64,000 bases of DNA from Azolla caroliniana (lineage: Eukaryota > Plantae > Polypodiophyta), in NCBI GenBank assembly GCA_043228905.1, contig JBHGNT010000008.1:4464001-4528000 (forward strand), given 5' to 3'. Position numbers and translations under genes: made by a program. Below the pieces are notes generated by a model that was not told where the DNA came from, did not search any database, and saw nothing but the letters and a program-made list of their open reading frames with translations. This document shows, in pieces, positions 49,682 to 63,429 of this stretch (positions are counted from its first letter, which is position 1; each line of letters opens with the position of its first letter).

Positions 49682-52600
49682 GGGTCTACCAAATCTTTTC
49701 TTGTGTGTGTGTATAAGGAAGAAAGGTCCTTATGGGTCTTCTATCTATCTATCTATGAGAACACTTCATTTCATAGCCTAGTCTCTCTGTGTTGTAGGAC
49801 CCCTGCCTCTCTCGCCACCTGCTCCTCCCTCTCTCGCCTTCTTACCAGACCATTTCTTGAGTGTCTGATCGATTCAACTCTCGAAGAAGAAGAATAAGAG
49901 AAACAATACTTCCGAACACCACATACCACAATCTATCCAAGTATGGAACCGATCCCGTGATTCGGATGTTTCACATCGTTGCTCTCGATTAAAACTTTCG
50001 ATGACCTCGAGATGTAGGAACTTTGATCTTTTGTTTATCTCTGAGGCTAGATTGCAAAAGAACCCCAACACTATGTGTTCCGTACGGTAACCTTGTAGAA
50101 AAAACCTCGATTTCTATATGTTGTTGCTCATTTTTCCTACGAATTGGGATTGGGATTGTCCATGACAGAATCACATGCACAATTATGGATTTCGTGGTAT
50201 TCTTGCCCATCCCACAAAGTTGTTGTTGTGTTTGTGATTAGATTGGGATTGTCTATCTACAAGAGCATCGCTATATTTATGTACTCACACTATTATGTTG
50301 GGCGTAGCTTCAATGTCTTGATATGAGTCCCTTCACAAACTGGATCAACTAGGATGCAATGTGTCATGATTTGTGATTGTGTCTTATGATTGAAGTTCAT
50401 CTCTTATTGCATGAATTGTTGAATTGTAAGTTTGAAAATTTTCTCTCGATTCTACACTCGTAATCGTTCACATTCAAATGAATCACACTTATTTCCTAGT
50501 TATTATCACTAGTCTACTTATGTGATGTCAACATATGAGAAAAAATCAGTCGAAGGATCATAATCAATGTCACAAAGTGGATCTTGCATGTCACCATTAC
50601 CTCAATCTAATCTCCCTCTCACACACGTGTGCACTTACCGATACAAACATGATGCCCCTTTGGTAGGTGTATACGATTGGCATTGCTTTCCATCATAGTG
50701 ATTTTTTTCTTTCCTAGATAGATTGCTAAGCATGAACACAAGATAAACAATATAATACATATATAATCATTTAATAAAATGATCTATTATTACCTTGGGC
50801 ACATGAAATATCACAAATTTGATTGATTTTATTCACCATGGAGTACAAGAATGTTATATCTCACATTCATCCTAGACAATACATATCCCCCCCAATGTGT
50901 ACGTCATTTTTTTGCCTTAGTTGGCAACTATTTGGTGGACCACTCATCAAAAATTTGTGGACATGCCTCAAGCATATGTCAACACAAACTCGAATATATG
51001 TATGTAAGATAAATGACAATGTTAATCACATTTGTTGGAGGTCCTAATTGAGTACGAAACCTTTTTGGTTATTGTTTTTTTGGTTAAGGTCAATGCACTG
51101 TTTTCATAAACAAGACATGCATTGTTTGTGAAGGTCAATGATTTGTGCAACGAATTATACGTGTTGTTTCAGAACATTCATATCATTTTAATTGAAAGGA
51201 TACAAGATGCAAAGAAGACAAAATCAATTCATGCCCTACATTGTCAATACCATGGTAATCTAGCATTTGTTTATTGTGTCCTTTCTTTCTTATGTCTTGA
51301 ATTCATTTCCTATCTTATTTTCATATGACCTTGTATGAGTAACCCTCAATCCACATTCCAAGCTGTTAGGTAGTACCTCATCCTTATAAGATCAATGATG
51401 GGTTATGAGCACTTTTTGACAAACCATGCCAGCTACTATGCTACTTACCTTTGCCATTCGTCTATTTTATATACGAAGATCAATGATACACATAGCATCG
51501 TCTATATTTTAGATACATATGTGTAAACACGAAATATTTCTCTCTCAAACACCCTCTACTCAAGAAACATGCATTCAACAAGCATGTGCCAGTTGCCCCA
51601 TCGACAAATAGCAAATTGCAATTATAAAAGTATGAACAACAGTTGCACATCATGTGAAACATCTCATTTAAATCATAAAATGTGTAGTTTGTTGTTTGTT
51701 GTTTGTTCATATTCATAGTTTTTCACATAATTCTTCATAACTTGTCGCAAGCAAGAGCATGGCAACTACCTTACAAAGCTCACAAATATTCATAAAATGA
51801 TTTCGTCGTTAAATCACTATATGTTTTTTCTAAATGTACCCCAAATGTATAATCAAGTATTAGCATTGTCAAGTATTGAAGATATCCTCGGAGATTCATT
51901 CATATTGTACTTCACCCAACAAATGAAACAAAATTCAACACATCATCGATGCTTTCATGCTCAGAATCAAAGCCAAAGTTTCCAAAAGTACAATCCCACT
52001 TTCAGAACCTCGAGGTTTAAATTTTGAGGGTTTCCAAATAGCTTGATGAAGTAGTAAATAACACATCAATGAATTTCTCAAAGCCTAATAAAAGACCCTT
52101 TATTTACATTACATGCATTTAGATTTGATAGCTTAACTAAATAGTTTATTATCAGTTGTAGTGATTAACTGTCACATCTTGATTTGTTTAAGGTTATTTG
52201 CAAATTAAAAATAGCTTACTAACTTCAGAGATGTACTTTCAATAGTATGAAAATCTATCGATATTCCCCGTGATCCCTAAAAAATGTAAATAGAGGACAT
52301 GAGGCTATATAGACAGGATATTTCCTTCTTTCAAAGCAAACTTAGGTCTTGCCATTTACTCTAGAATAGTGAGCAATGAGCGTGTTTCAAAGTCTTTGAT
52401 GGGACATTCACCTCAAAACCAACCAAATATGTGTAACTTCTGTGTTCTACTTAGAAATGTCTTTGTGAAATGTTGAAGGGGTCACAATTTACATGACATA
52501 ATACTAAGAAAGGATCCAACGAGCGTTTCAAATATAGGTTTAACAGTAGAACCTCGACATAATTAACAAGACTTGATGAAATGTACCAAGAATTAGAAGC

Positions 52601-53118
52601 TATACTATATGTAGGAAGGGTTCATCATGGCTTAGGTTGGATTCACACTAGATTGATGGACATTATGGTTTTTTTCTCATCACTATTGTGGTAGAAACCT
52701 TTCGAATAATTCAAATTAATTTCCATATAATTCAAACCTACTAATCATGCATGTTAGGATCCAATACACATACTTAAACATGTTAACTTTTGAATTAGCT
52801 AAAATCCAATTCATAACATGTCAAGGGTCCAAATTAAATCACAATCAATATAAAAAGATTTGGGCAACGTTCAACCCTTAAATCAGAATTTAGGGGCCAA
52901 TAAAAATTTGTTACTATATTTGAAAACGCAACATAAGCATAAATATGCTAGAAGTTCCAGCATTTACAATGGTATGCCTAAATTGCTAAAACATAATGTG
53001 AATTTTCAAACAAGGTACACATTTCAGTAACTTGGAGAAGTATTTTAGGTGTAGGCAAGATTGATGTAGTGCATGATACATGTGTGAAATTTCAGTTTTA
53101 GGTATTGTCGACATGGTA

Positions 53119-53221
53119 AGAAGAAAGAAAGAAAGATATATTAACGTCTACTAAGGCCAAAATTGGCCCATGAGACAAATGGTTTACAACAAAAAATGGG
53201 ATATTTACCCGTTCATCGAAG
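53119..53221 (-). mobile_element. About 100-bp 3'-terminal copy of the RTEX-like LINE
   Basis: GAAAGAAAGATATATTAACGTCTACTAAGGCCAAAATTGGCCCAT...GATATTTACCC nearly identical to 19065-19155. Confidence 0.88.
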
Positions 53222-53756
53222 AGCACATGTAATTGATTTGGCAAGAGAGGCAATTCCCATTCATGTTATACCCGACGAGGATGCTGTATGTGAATGCCTT
53301 AATTGAAAATGTAAATGAAATGTTAGAAGATGATGATGTAAATGTGAACAATGAACCCGTAAAAGGCACCATTTGTTGTAGCAAAGGTAAGAGCTAATGA
53401 TTACACTTATAATGTTTTGAGATCGCCATTGTTAATGGAGTGCATGTATCGAAACCGAAATTTTTCCATGCATTTGCAACGACTATTCCAATTCGTGGTA
53501 CAATAATTCTAAGATTCGATTCATATGCTTAACCATGGTTATGCATGATACTACTTGCATTCTAGCTAATAACATGTGAATAATTCAAATTAATTACAAT
53601 CGAACATAATATGACAAGTCATCCAAAATCCGAACTCAAGAACTTATACATGATATATCTAACTTATATCTTATGAGCATTTTAAATTACACTAATTTTT
53701 CTCAAATTTCAATGCTCAATGTGATTTATTTTTTTATTTCATAATGTCAAGTTTTA

Positions 53757-54101
53757 AATTGTGTTGGATTTGGTTAGCCTAATAACTCTTTGGATTCTAT
53801 GGAAACAAATGTGTAGACGGGTCTTCTCCAACCAAACAACGCATAAAATAATGTTATTGCAAGAGATATGGAGTGACGTTGTAGCCACTCTAAAGAGCCA
53901 ATACGATGGCCTGAAGGGCGGATTCGATAGAGTTGAAAGACAACAACTAGCCTTCATCCAACAATGGACATCCTCTCCCTTGAGTAAGTGGGCATCCACA
54001 TAAGATGGAACTATCACGTCCCTACATGGATTTGTATATAACGCTCTCATTTGTAAAATTTTATAACTAATGGAAGGAATTTGTTTTTGGAAAAAAGAAA
54101 A
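53757..54101 (+). mobile_element. 3'-terminal fragment of the same L1 family as 41050-42826
   Basis: LDLVSLITLWILWKQ...TLKSQYDGLKG and a 3' UTR matching 42480-42826. Confidence 0.88.
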
Positions 54102-54829
54102 CAATATCTTTTATATTTAAGTATACATAATTATAAAGAAACATAAACACATATACACACACATTGGGTTATCCTTGATTGTCCATCTCATGTAGCAATT
54201 CAATGAAACTTATCTTTGAACATTATAGTATATAATTTTGCATATTTGCATTATGCATGTGTTTTTGTGGTACATGTGTGTGTGCAACAATATTGAAAAC
54301 ATTTTTTTTGGATCAGAACTCCAATCTCATTTGACATCAACGAACAATATGGAAGTCCAAAATTGCCACACATGTGAAATAATATTGAGGATGTTTCATT
54401 GAAAGTATGACCTCACTTGAATACACAAATACCACAATTGCAATGCTAAAAGAACATGACTTTAATCCCTCAAAAAGTGTTTGATTACAAAGTCCTAACT
54501 CAAATTATTACCCGAAGGTTGTTTTGAAATATTCAAAGTATTTCATTCACCATAGAAGTTGTATACTAGTGATTTACTCTCAAGATATTCTTATATGATT
54601 TAGATGATCGTGATTATTTGAAAATGTCTCGAGATGCCTTTCAATCCACCTTCTTATTGGAATTTTCATATAATATATATATATATATATTCCAAAAAAA
54701 ACACTACTTCCCAATAGTTAGCAAACGAAGTACATCAAATTCAACCATAATCTGCAAAACTCACATTACTCCACACAAAACTAAGCATAATCCCCACCAT
54801 GATATTTACAACCAAAGTATCTCACTAAC

Positions 54830-55060
54830 TCTTTTTACATGGTAACCACATATTTACATCTCTTGTCCACTAATGGAAGCCATAGGCGGAAACAACCATC
54901 TCGGTGTTTGGTAGTTCCATTTGGGCCCTGGCGATGATTTTACCATCATAGGAGAATGACCCCATTTCAGCAAAAACTTTGACTGAGCCCTTTCTGCTTC
55001 ATCTGAGTTCCCTTCAATTGAGTTGGCGCAACCAATATAATATTGGGCATTGAGTCTCCC
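54830..55060 (-). mobile_element. Diverged L1 ORF2 C-terminal fragment
   Basis: Minus frame LNAQY...IEGNSDEAERAQSKFLLKWGHSP...WNYQTP parallels LKSQYDGLKGDFDRVERQQLAF...SSP...WTYRVP of the other L1. Confidence 0.5.
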
Positions 55061-56049
55061 AAACCACTTCTTGTTGAGTATGAACGAGAGGCACCAACTC
55101 GAGGATGAGCACCATTCTCTCTATTCTCATTAATGTATTCCTCTAATGGGCAAAAGAGTCCAATGTGTGAAATCAAGGTAAAGTACAAGAAAATGCAAGT
55201 GTCAAAGACTTTGAGAATAATTGAGGAAGGTATGCATTTAGGAAACCATTTTGAGAGGAGTGGTTACATCCAAAAATTATCCCTATCATGAGACCAATGG
55301 TTGCAAAGCAATGTAAAGACTTCCAACATCATATTATTTCTAGCTCTCCAAAAATAGAGAAAATTTGTCATGTTTGTCGTTCTTGGTGTTGGTGTGTGTT
55401 TTAATAAGATGATTGATTCATGATGATATTAGTGTTTCTTTGTTTGTGAGGGTTATAACGTTCGTAGGTCATGATGATGTGCACAAAATTTCCCTTTCTT
55501 GATATCTCCTCTGGCCTCAATTTCTCCTTTAAAATTTATGTTGTGTTTCATATTAGCATTGATATGACCACTTAAGTGTCGAACATGTGCATCTCATAAT
55601 ACTACATATAGTCACACTCTAATAAATTTTGTCTTAGAATACTATAACCTCACTCGATCATTATGCCACTAGCATTCTCGTGACCAAAACTATCATGGGG
55701 CCATTCTTGGATGTTTGTGAGTGTGAGAGTGGATCTACAACCTTAATGTTGAGAGGATGAGGGGATGGGCAAGCATAATAGTCCTTATGCATGGGGGCTA
55801 CTAAATAATGACATGTCCTATGGATTGGGAGGACATGCCTTAGCGCACAACCACACCAATCTTTGTTAATGATCATCATTTTCTTCGTTTTCATGATACT
55901 CTCTTCTATTTAGATAGATAGATAGATAGGATAAATAGATAGATTTACTATACCTTTTGGAGGTCAAATATGACTTAGAGAGAGAGAGAGAGAAACAGTT
56001 TACACTTATATTAAAGCCAAGTTTTAATGTTATTGGACCTCCTTGTAGC

Positions 56050-56240
56050 CTTAAGCATGGAAGGTTGGTTTCAACAAATTCGTCCCAAAGATGGCATCAT
56101 CCAAGTAATCTATTGCAACCTAGTCCTTTCATGGGGGGCTGTTATATTTACAAAGTTCATGACAAATATACAAAATTATTTGCCTAAATTGATACACCCA
56201 ACTCAATATAATTTCATTATTGGTAGGCAATCTACAATGT
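56050..56240 (+). mobile_element. L1 RT fragment
   Basis: NIQNYLPKLIHPTQYNFIIGR resembles RLQKFLPQLIHPSQYGFITGK at about 12920-12980. Confidence 0.65.
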
Positions 56241-56259
56241 TCTTTGTTCTCTCCATTGT

Positions 56260-57340
56260 GTGTTTCGTTTTGTTCATGCGTCTACGATAACGACCCGAGG
56301 AAGATCACTATTGTGGACAATAGGCCTCAACCTGAGGACAACCGCTACCGATATAGAGACGACCACTATCGCCCAATCGATGACTACTACCAATACAACT
56401 ACGATCGGGACGACCATCATGAGTCACGATATCAACAACACGATCGGCGGCCTCCCCATAATAATCGAGGTTTTCGACAATTGGGCAATAATCAACCGGG
56501 GCATTATGCCACCCATTGTCCACCAATGATCGCCAAAGTCCAACAAGTCACGACACAAAGCAAGGCCTAGCATACGCAATGGGAAATTTAGGATGAAGTC
56601 CGTCAAGGCATGGATCGAGGAAGCAAATAACGCAAACGTCGACCGCATGCATACCGAGATGCAAGATATCATGGTTGGCACTTTGGCCTCCTCACAGCTC
56701 ATCGGGTCACCGGGTGATGAACCTATTTGGCAAGCACTCACAAGCTGCCAGATATCCATGCCCTTACATAAGCTTCTACAATTACTTCCATGGTTTAAAA
56801 GCACGATGACATCTTTAACTATGGGCAAGGAGCAATTGGGATGACAAGCTCCACAATGCACTATGGGCATATTGAATGACGTTCAAGATCAACATCAAAT
56901 CCACCCCTTTTCGCCTGGCTTACGGTTTGGAGGCAGTAATGCCTATTGAATTCCAAGTACCAAGTTTACAAGTCCAGATCACTGCACGACTTTTCGAGTC
57001 CGAGTCAGAGCAGAAACGACTCGAACAATTACTTGAACTCGGCGAACATCAGATCGCTAGTCTGGGCCGATTAAAATACGATCAACGGCAATGGAAAGCC
57101 TTCGTCGATCGCCATCAGAAAGGCTCAGAGAAATCATTTGAAATAGGCAAACCAGTCCTCGTGTTTCAAACTTGGTTTGGCTCGATGCTTCGAAAGCTCT
57201 GTTTTCGGTGGACAAGGCCCTTCTGGATTATCGACAAATTTAACGGAACATTCCAGCTCGGTACATTAGCCGGCGACGTCTTGAGAAAGTGGGTCAATGG
57301 GTTTCGGTTATAACCATACCTCGGCCATACCCCATCCAAC
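56260..57340 (+). mobile_element. Internally deleted Ty3/Gypsy (non-chromoviral type) remnant: gag end joined to integrase C-terminus
   Basis: NQPGHYATHCP (degenerate knuckle); TPFRLAYGLEAVMPIEF; RWTRPF...WVNGFRL*PY (GPF/Y module). Confidence 0.8.
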
Positions 57341-57462
57341 CCTTTCATTGGTCAACAACACAGTTGCGACTTGGCCATGGTAGGTGAAATAGAGGATTTT
57401 GGGGGTCACTCGCCCCAATCCCGGTAATTACTCTACCTACCGCCCGAAATCGTATACTATAT

Positions 57463-60400
57463 TGTTGTCCACCGGAGACAGACTAGTGAGAAACAAGGCG
57501 GGAATTAAGGCGAACTAGTGTATAAGCGTAACCTCGTAATGATGGAAATGTTAGAAAGTAGAAATGCATGTAATGGTTCACGCACTAAGCGTAACCGTCT
57601 ATGCCCTATATATATAAAGGGCATAGGAACATTGTAAAGAGCTAGCGTAGTTTTTCTATAACCCGTTTAATATAATCGTACTGTCTTTCTAAACTCTGTG
57701 TTTATTCAGAAGTGTATTTGTTACATATGGTAAGTAAGCGCATCTGTGTAAAAAGCGATGCACGACAAGAAGGAGCTTGGTTGTAGCTATCTCATGTTAA
57801 GCACCCTACCTCAGAGGGCACCTCATGACGTACCGCCTATTTGCAATTGTCTAAGACTAGGCATACTGCGCTCTCTATTCCTTGTACCACAATCCCCTTG
57901 AGCCGTACCCTGAAGGACTGAGGGTAGGCCGTGTTTTCTAGGGGGACACCATATATGAAAAAGAAGAAGAAGAAGAAGAGAGAACAACGAACTGGAGTAT
58001 TTAAAGGGCATGCACGCCCCATAAGAAAAGAAAGTACAAACGGTTTTGAGACAGTGGTCTTAAAACCTTATAACGGTAGGAAAGATTATGAATCTAGGGC
58101 ACAAGGCCACATCTCGAGAACCAAGGTACCTACAAAAAGGAGGGCACCACATGCATAATGTTACTCCTTGGGGCAGGACTAGCCTTAACACAGGGTATCC
58201 CTCTAGGACACTTCACCAAAGGGGTGGTGCAAGTGGGGTAGGCGTAGACCATGATACCAACATATTCCTAACCGGCTACTAACCGGTGTGGTTAATGATC
58301 GTAATACACGCATAAGATAGATTCTATTAAGCACAGAACGGTAATTAACTAAAGCTTCACAGATTAAACAAGATGTAGAACAACAACACTTTCATTAATA
58401 AACCGCTATCTGATTACAATCTAATCGGGTCCTTTTATAGGTCACCGGCTCTGGGTTACAAACCGGTGCCAACTGGCAACCGGCCACAAACCGGTCCGGA
58501 TCTGAATCGGCATACCGATTCCGGGTCCGTCCGTTCACTTCTCAAAATATAATAATTATAGATAACAACTCCTGGTTCTAAAATAATTATCCCTTTCCCA
58601 TTCTGGACTTTATCCGGCTTTTAAGTATTTGCCGGTCAACACATAACACTAACTCATGCACAGACACACAAAGCCCTCAATCTCTCTCACCTTCCACACA
58701 AATGCTCTCCTGCTCTCAAACTCTTTGCACAGAAGCTTCCTCTCGTTTCCTATCTCCTCACCCCCATACCCACTATTTCTCTTCATCTTTCGAAGCAATC
58801 ATGCCGCTTGAAGTGTCCAAAGCACCTGGTTAAACAGGCATGGCCTGGGTGGTTATCACCACATTGTGGATGCACTTCCCCACCCCCAGGCATAGAATGA
58901 ACTCACGGAACTCCAAGTCTGCTCAAGTCGACACCTTCACATGTGGGAAGAAACTGAGCAAGAGAGATTCAAATTGATGGAGTCCCTTCACCATCTGGAA
59001 ATCGCCACGACCTTAGAACTCGAACGGCAACGCGATCAATATATGAAGGAATTAGCCGAAAATTCAGATTGCCTCCTCTGATGCTACAACCAACATATGA
59101 AGGAGATGGAGGCAAAGCTCTTCGGAGTTACCACGTTGTGCAAGATCCTCAAGGTCAAATTCCAAAGGGACGCCACGAAAGATAAAGACGAACCGGATAC
59201 CATCCGTGCCAAATATGAAATGGGAGAAACCCACGTAAAGGAAATAGTTGCAAAGCATTGGCACTCGCTCACGGATGGATGAATGGTCAACTCATGTAGC
59301 TGAATTACAGATCTTCCGAGTAGACGCGGAAAATCAGAAAAAAGAGGGTCGCGGGTTCTACAAAATGGATCAGAACAACATTTAGATCCTCCGTGAAGAC
59401 CTCACCGAGGAATTCCAAACCTTGGCTAGCACCCACACCACCACCATCGGAAATCTCCTCGAAGAATTCAACGATGATTAGCTGTTGCTCATGCTAGAAA
59501 TAGAAGGCTATGAATGAGAGCGCATCCGAGCTAAAAAGGAAGTAGAAGCCACCACACAAGCATCAACAACCCACATAACCGAGGAAACAACCCAAGCGCG
59601 AACAGAAGAAGAGGAGACACGATCGTGACTAGAAACGGTGCAAGTGCTGAACAAACCTCAGACCCCCAACAGGAGGCATGGATCCAGTCTGCATGGCGGA
59701 GACTCGTGATCAACAGCTCGATGTATCGGTTCAGTTACAAGTTGATGAGCTCACAAATGAAGAGCCACCTCTAGTGCCGACACAACCACCTACCGGTGAG
59801 TACAGTGCCAACAGTCGAAGAAACGACATCATCACAACTAGAGAATATCCTCACAATTTTGGAAGAAGACTAAGTGTACCATCACAAATTTTTTGGCTAA
59901 CTATCATTTCGATTTTTTTTGGAAGTTTTGGCTTTGGGTTCGACGTGCAAGGCATTGTCCCACAAGCATGCCATGTGTTAGCCATGGGACAAAAGAACAA
60001 GCAGTGTGAAAAAAATCATATAAAGGAAACAAATAGGCGAGTGTGAAAAGTAGAATCGACCCAAGCGTGAAGGAAGTAGCTGAGCGAAATATGCGTAATC
60101 GAAAATAGGGGCCAAAAATCAGAGGAGTGGTTGGAGTGTGCCGAGGGGACACAATAGCTATATAAAGCAAGGTGCAACAATAGAAAAGAGAGCATGGAGG
60201 AGAGAAATATATTTGTGCTTGCTATATGAGAGAAAAGGACCTAGATGCATATCTATTTTCTGTTATAAGAGAGAGAGAGAGAGAGAGAGAGAGATTGACA
60301 ATACTTACCTAGGTGGGTAGTCGTGTAATCGATATATGCAGTAATCCTATAATACATAATTTGTTCGAGTCAATTTCTGGTGTCATTTCAATATTCATAT

Positions 60401-60575
60401 TTACATTGAGTTCTATTCCTATTCATAAAACATAAGTCATACGACCGGTTGTGGCTGACCATTTCATAGTTAATCAGCCTGTTTGGTCCTACCGTACTCT
60501 CCTACCTAACCACGATTCCTTGACCTGATTACTCAGGGAGTAATCAAAGGTATATCTCTGAGGGAGGAGACAACA
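57463..60575. mobile_element. Patchwork of LTR-like and decayed retroelement sequence, unresolved
   Basis: TGTT...TTACA block with TATATAAAG (57463-57725); minus-strand LTR-like block at about 58260-58640; decayed coiled-coil-like frames 58900-59800; LTR-like block with TATATAAAG ending CAACA at 60575. Confidence 0.4.
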
Positions 60576-61366
60576 ATGACATCTCATGAAGATTGGTTCC
60601 GAGAGCTAGGAAAGCCTAAACGACCCAGCTATGTGGAAACTAGGGATGACACAATTCACCCCATTTAGCATGTTGGTAATGTCCCATTCGGCGAAAAGGG
60701 CAACCAGACCTACATCAAGAATGTCTTGCATGTTTCGACAATAATGAAGAATCTGGTCTCTGTCGTCCAAATTGTGGAACAGAGCATGCAAGTTCAGCTC
60801 AACGATGGACTTAGATGCTTCATAGAAAAAGAAGGCTGAATTATCACTTGCGGTCGAAGGGAAGGTTGGATATTCATCCTCGATTCTCACGAGATGAAAT
60901 CGGCAATGTTTGCCAAGGGCTATAATGCCAACACCGACACAGAGTTGTGGCACAAAAGAATAGGCCACATAAATCTCTAGAAGCTCAAAGGAATGCAATC
61001 AAAAGGAGTCGTCATTAGATTTTTGGGCTTACTGAGAAGGAGGTTGCTAGCGTATGCGAATCTTGCCAATTTAGTAAACAACGCCGACAACTGTTCCCAA
61101 AGGAGACAAATGTGGGCAAAGGAACTCTAGATGTAATACATTCAGACGTATGGGGACCATCCCAAACGGCAACATTCGGTGGTTATCAATACTATGTGAC
61201 GTTCATCGACAACTTCTCCAGGCACACCTGGATATTCCCTATGCGACAAAAGAGTGAAGTGTTCTCGCACTTCAAGAAATTCAAAAACCAAGTCGAAAAG
61301 GGAACCATACGTCATGTATAGTGCCTTCAATCGGATAATGTCAAAGAGTACTTCTCTGACGCTTTC
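60576..61366 (+). mobile_element. Copia protease-integrase fragment
   Basis: MTSHEDWF, KNVLHV..MKNLVSV, LWHKRIGH, LDVIHSDVWGP...YYVTFIDNFSRHTW, LQSDNVKEY. Confidence 0.88.
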
Positions 61367-63429
61367 TGTAAAGAATCGATGGTGATTCTTGTTCAACGGA
61401 ATAGATATGTGTGTTTGTGTGTGAGAAAAATAGAGGAGAGAAGAGAACACAAGATAGATAAGCAAGAGAAATAAAATACTCAAGAACAAGGTGTATATTT
61501 CCCAAGTAGAATAGAGATACAAAACTGTAGCATTACAAGGAGTCACAACCGACTTAGTATGAAGTGTCAGGGGAGTGCTTTATATATAGTCACCCTCTCT
61601 CTTCATTAACTAACTACAACAACCACTCTCTCTCTTGGGGAATGTGAAGAGTCATAGTCATGGGGAATATGTAATTCATTAGTTATGTGTCATAGAATAT
61701 GATTCTATGACACATAGTTTAATGTGTAGAGAGTGGTATGACTCTTGACCTTTGAGTGCACATAGATTCTCAAAGGTGTGTTCACACATTGTACTATGTT
61801 GAGCTTGATTCTCAACACGCCCCCTCAAGCTCAACTTGGGTTGGTTCCTTTCGATTGATGTCCGCTTCGGTTGGTATCCGGTTCGGACGATCTCCGGTGT
61901 CCGCTTCGGCTCGTACCCGGTTCGAACGGTATCCGGTTCTCGCGTGTACTCCCCCTCAAGCTTGGCAAGTCAGGGATTGTCAATCCCAGGTCTGACATGA
62001 ATTGCCAAAGCTTGTCAGCTCCTAAGGCTTTGGTGAAGATGTCGACCGCCTGAAGATTCGTGTTGATGTGTTGAAGGTCGACATCTCCGGCATGTACGCG
62101 TTCTTGAATGAAGTGATAGTGCACTTCGATGTGCTTTGTGTGCGCGTGGAACACCGGGTTACGAGCCAGATATATATTGCTCATGTTGTCACAGTAAATG
62201 GGAGTCGGATCCTTGATGGGGATGTCTAGATCCTTCAAAATACTCTTGAGCCATACGGCTTCACATGTAGCTACAGTTGCACCCCTGTATTCGGCCTCCG
62301 TACTCAAAAGTGTGACGGTAGGTTGCTTCTTACTACTCCAAGATATTGCTCCACTATCGAGCGAGAAGACAAATCTGGAGGTCGATCGTCGATCAACTTT
62401 GTAGCCTGCCCAGTCCGCATCTGTGTACCCTTCGAGTCGTATTGGTGTGGCCGATGCGTAGAGAACGCCGTAATCCATTGTGCCGCTCACGTATCGTAAT
62501 ACTCGCTTAGCGCAATCGAAATGGATATCTCGCGGAGTTTTCATGAATTGGCTAAGGAGTCCGACTGGATAGCTAAGGTTGGGTCGAGTGATCGTGAGAT
62601 AGATGAGGCTCCCAATCAGTTGACGATATTGGGTTGGCTCGCACTCGTCTGTGCCAGAGTCAGCATCTAGTTTGAGGTTTCGATTGAGAGGCGTAGCGAC
62701 CGATTTTCACTTAGTCATCCCGAACTTGTATAACAAGTTGAGGATGTAGTGTTGTTGAAAGATCATAATGCTGGTCGGAATCCGAATTACTTCAATGCCA
62801 ACGAAGTAATGGAGCTCCTTCATGTCCGTCATCTCGAATTTTCTGGAGAGGAGGGACTTGACCTTGTTGATGTTGACTAGACTTTCACCTCCAATGACCA
62901 GATCATCCACGTATAGGATGATGACAATTAGGCGTCTAGAGTCATGTCGTACGTAGAGGGAGTTGTCAGATTTCGACATTTGAAAGTCGATTTGATGAAG
63001 ATATTGCGTAATCTTCGAATGCCAAGCATGCGGTGCTTGCTTGAGCCGTAGAGTGGCTTCTTGAGTCGGCACACGACTTTCGGATGAGTACGCGATTCAA
63101 AGCTGGGTGGTTGTACCATGTACACTTCCTCTTCTAATTCACCTTGAAGAAAGGCGTTCTTGATGTCCATTTGGTGGAGGTGCCACCCTTTTTCCGTTGC
63201 AAGTGCGATCACGGTCCGCACTGTCGTCATTTTTGCCTCCGGGGCAAAGGTTTCTTCATAGTCGACTCCATGTGTTTGTGTGTATCCTTTCGCTACGAGT
63301 CAAGATTTGTAGTGGTTGACGGAGCCGTCAACATTATACTTCACATTGTAGATCCATCTACAACCAATTGCCTTCTTATGCGGTGAGTGGGGAATGAGAT
63401 CCCATGTCTTGTTCTTGTGTAGTGCACAC
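61367..63429 (-). mobile_element. Copia 3' part (RT-RNase H, PPT, 3' LTR 61367-61817)
   Basis: HQMDIKNAFLQG, LYVDDL, GYTDADWAG, SWSSKKQ, YCDNMS, KHIEVHYHF. PPT GAGGGGGCG then LTR TGTTGAG...TTTACA. Confidence 0.93.

Noticed and set aside
52544-53400. pogo/Tc1-like end CAGTAGAACCTCGA and a nearby acidic coding-like stretch
   Set aside because: No matching opposite TIR or TA duplication located.
60301-60311. ATACTTACCT matching the U1 snRNA 5' end
   Set aside because: The match ends after 10 nt and no U1 stem-loops or Sm site follow.
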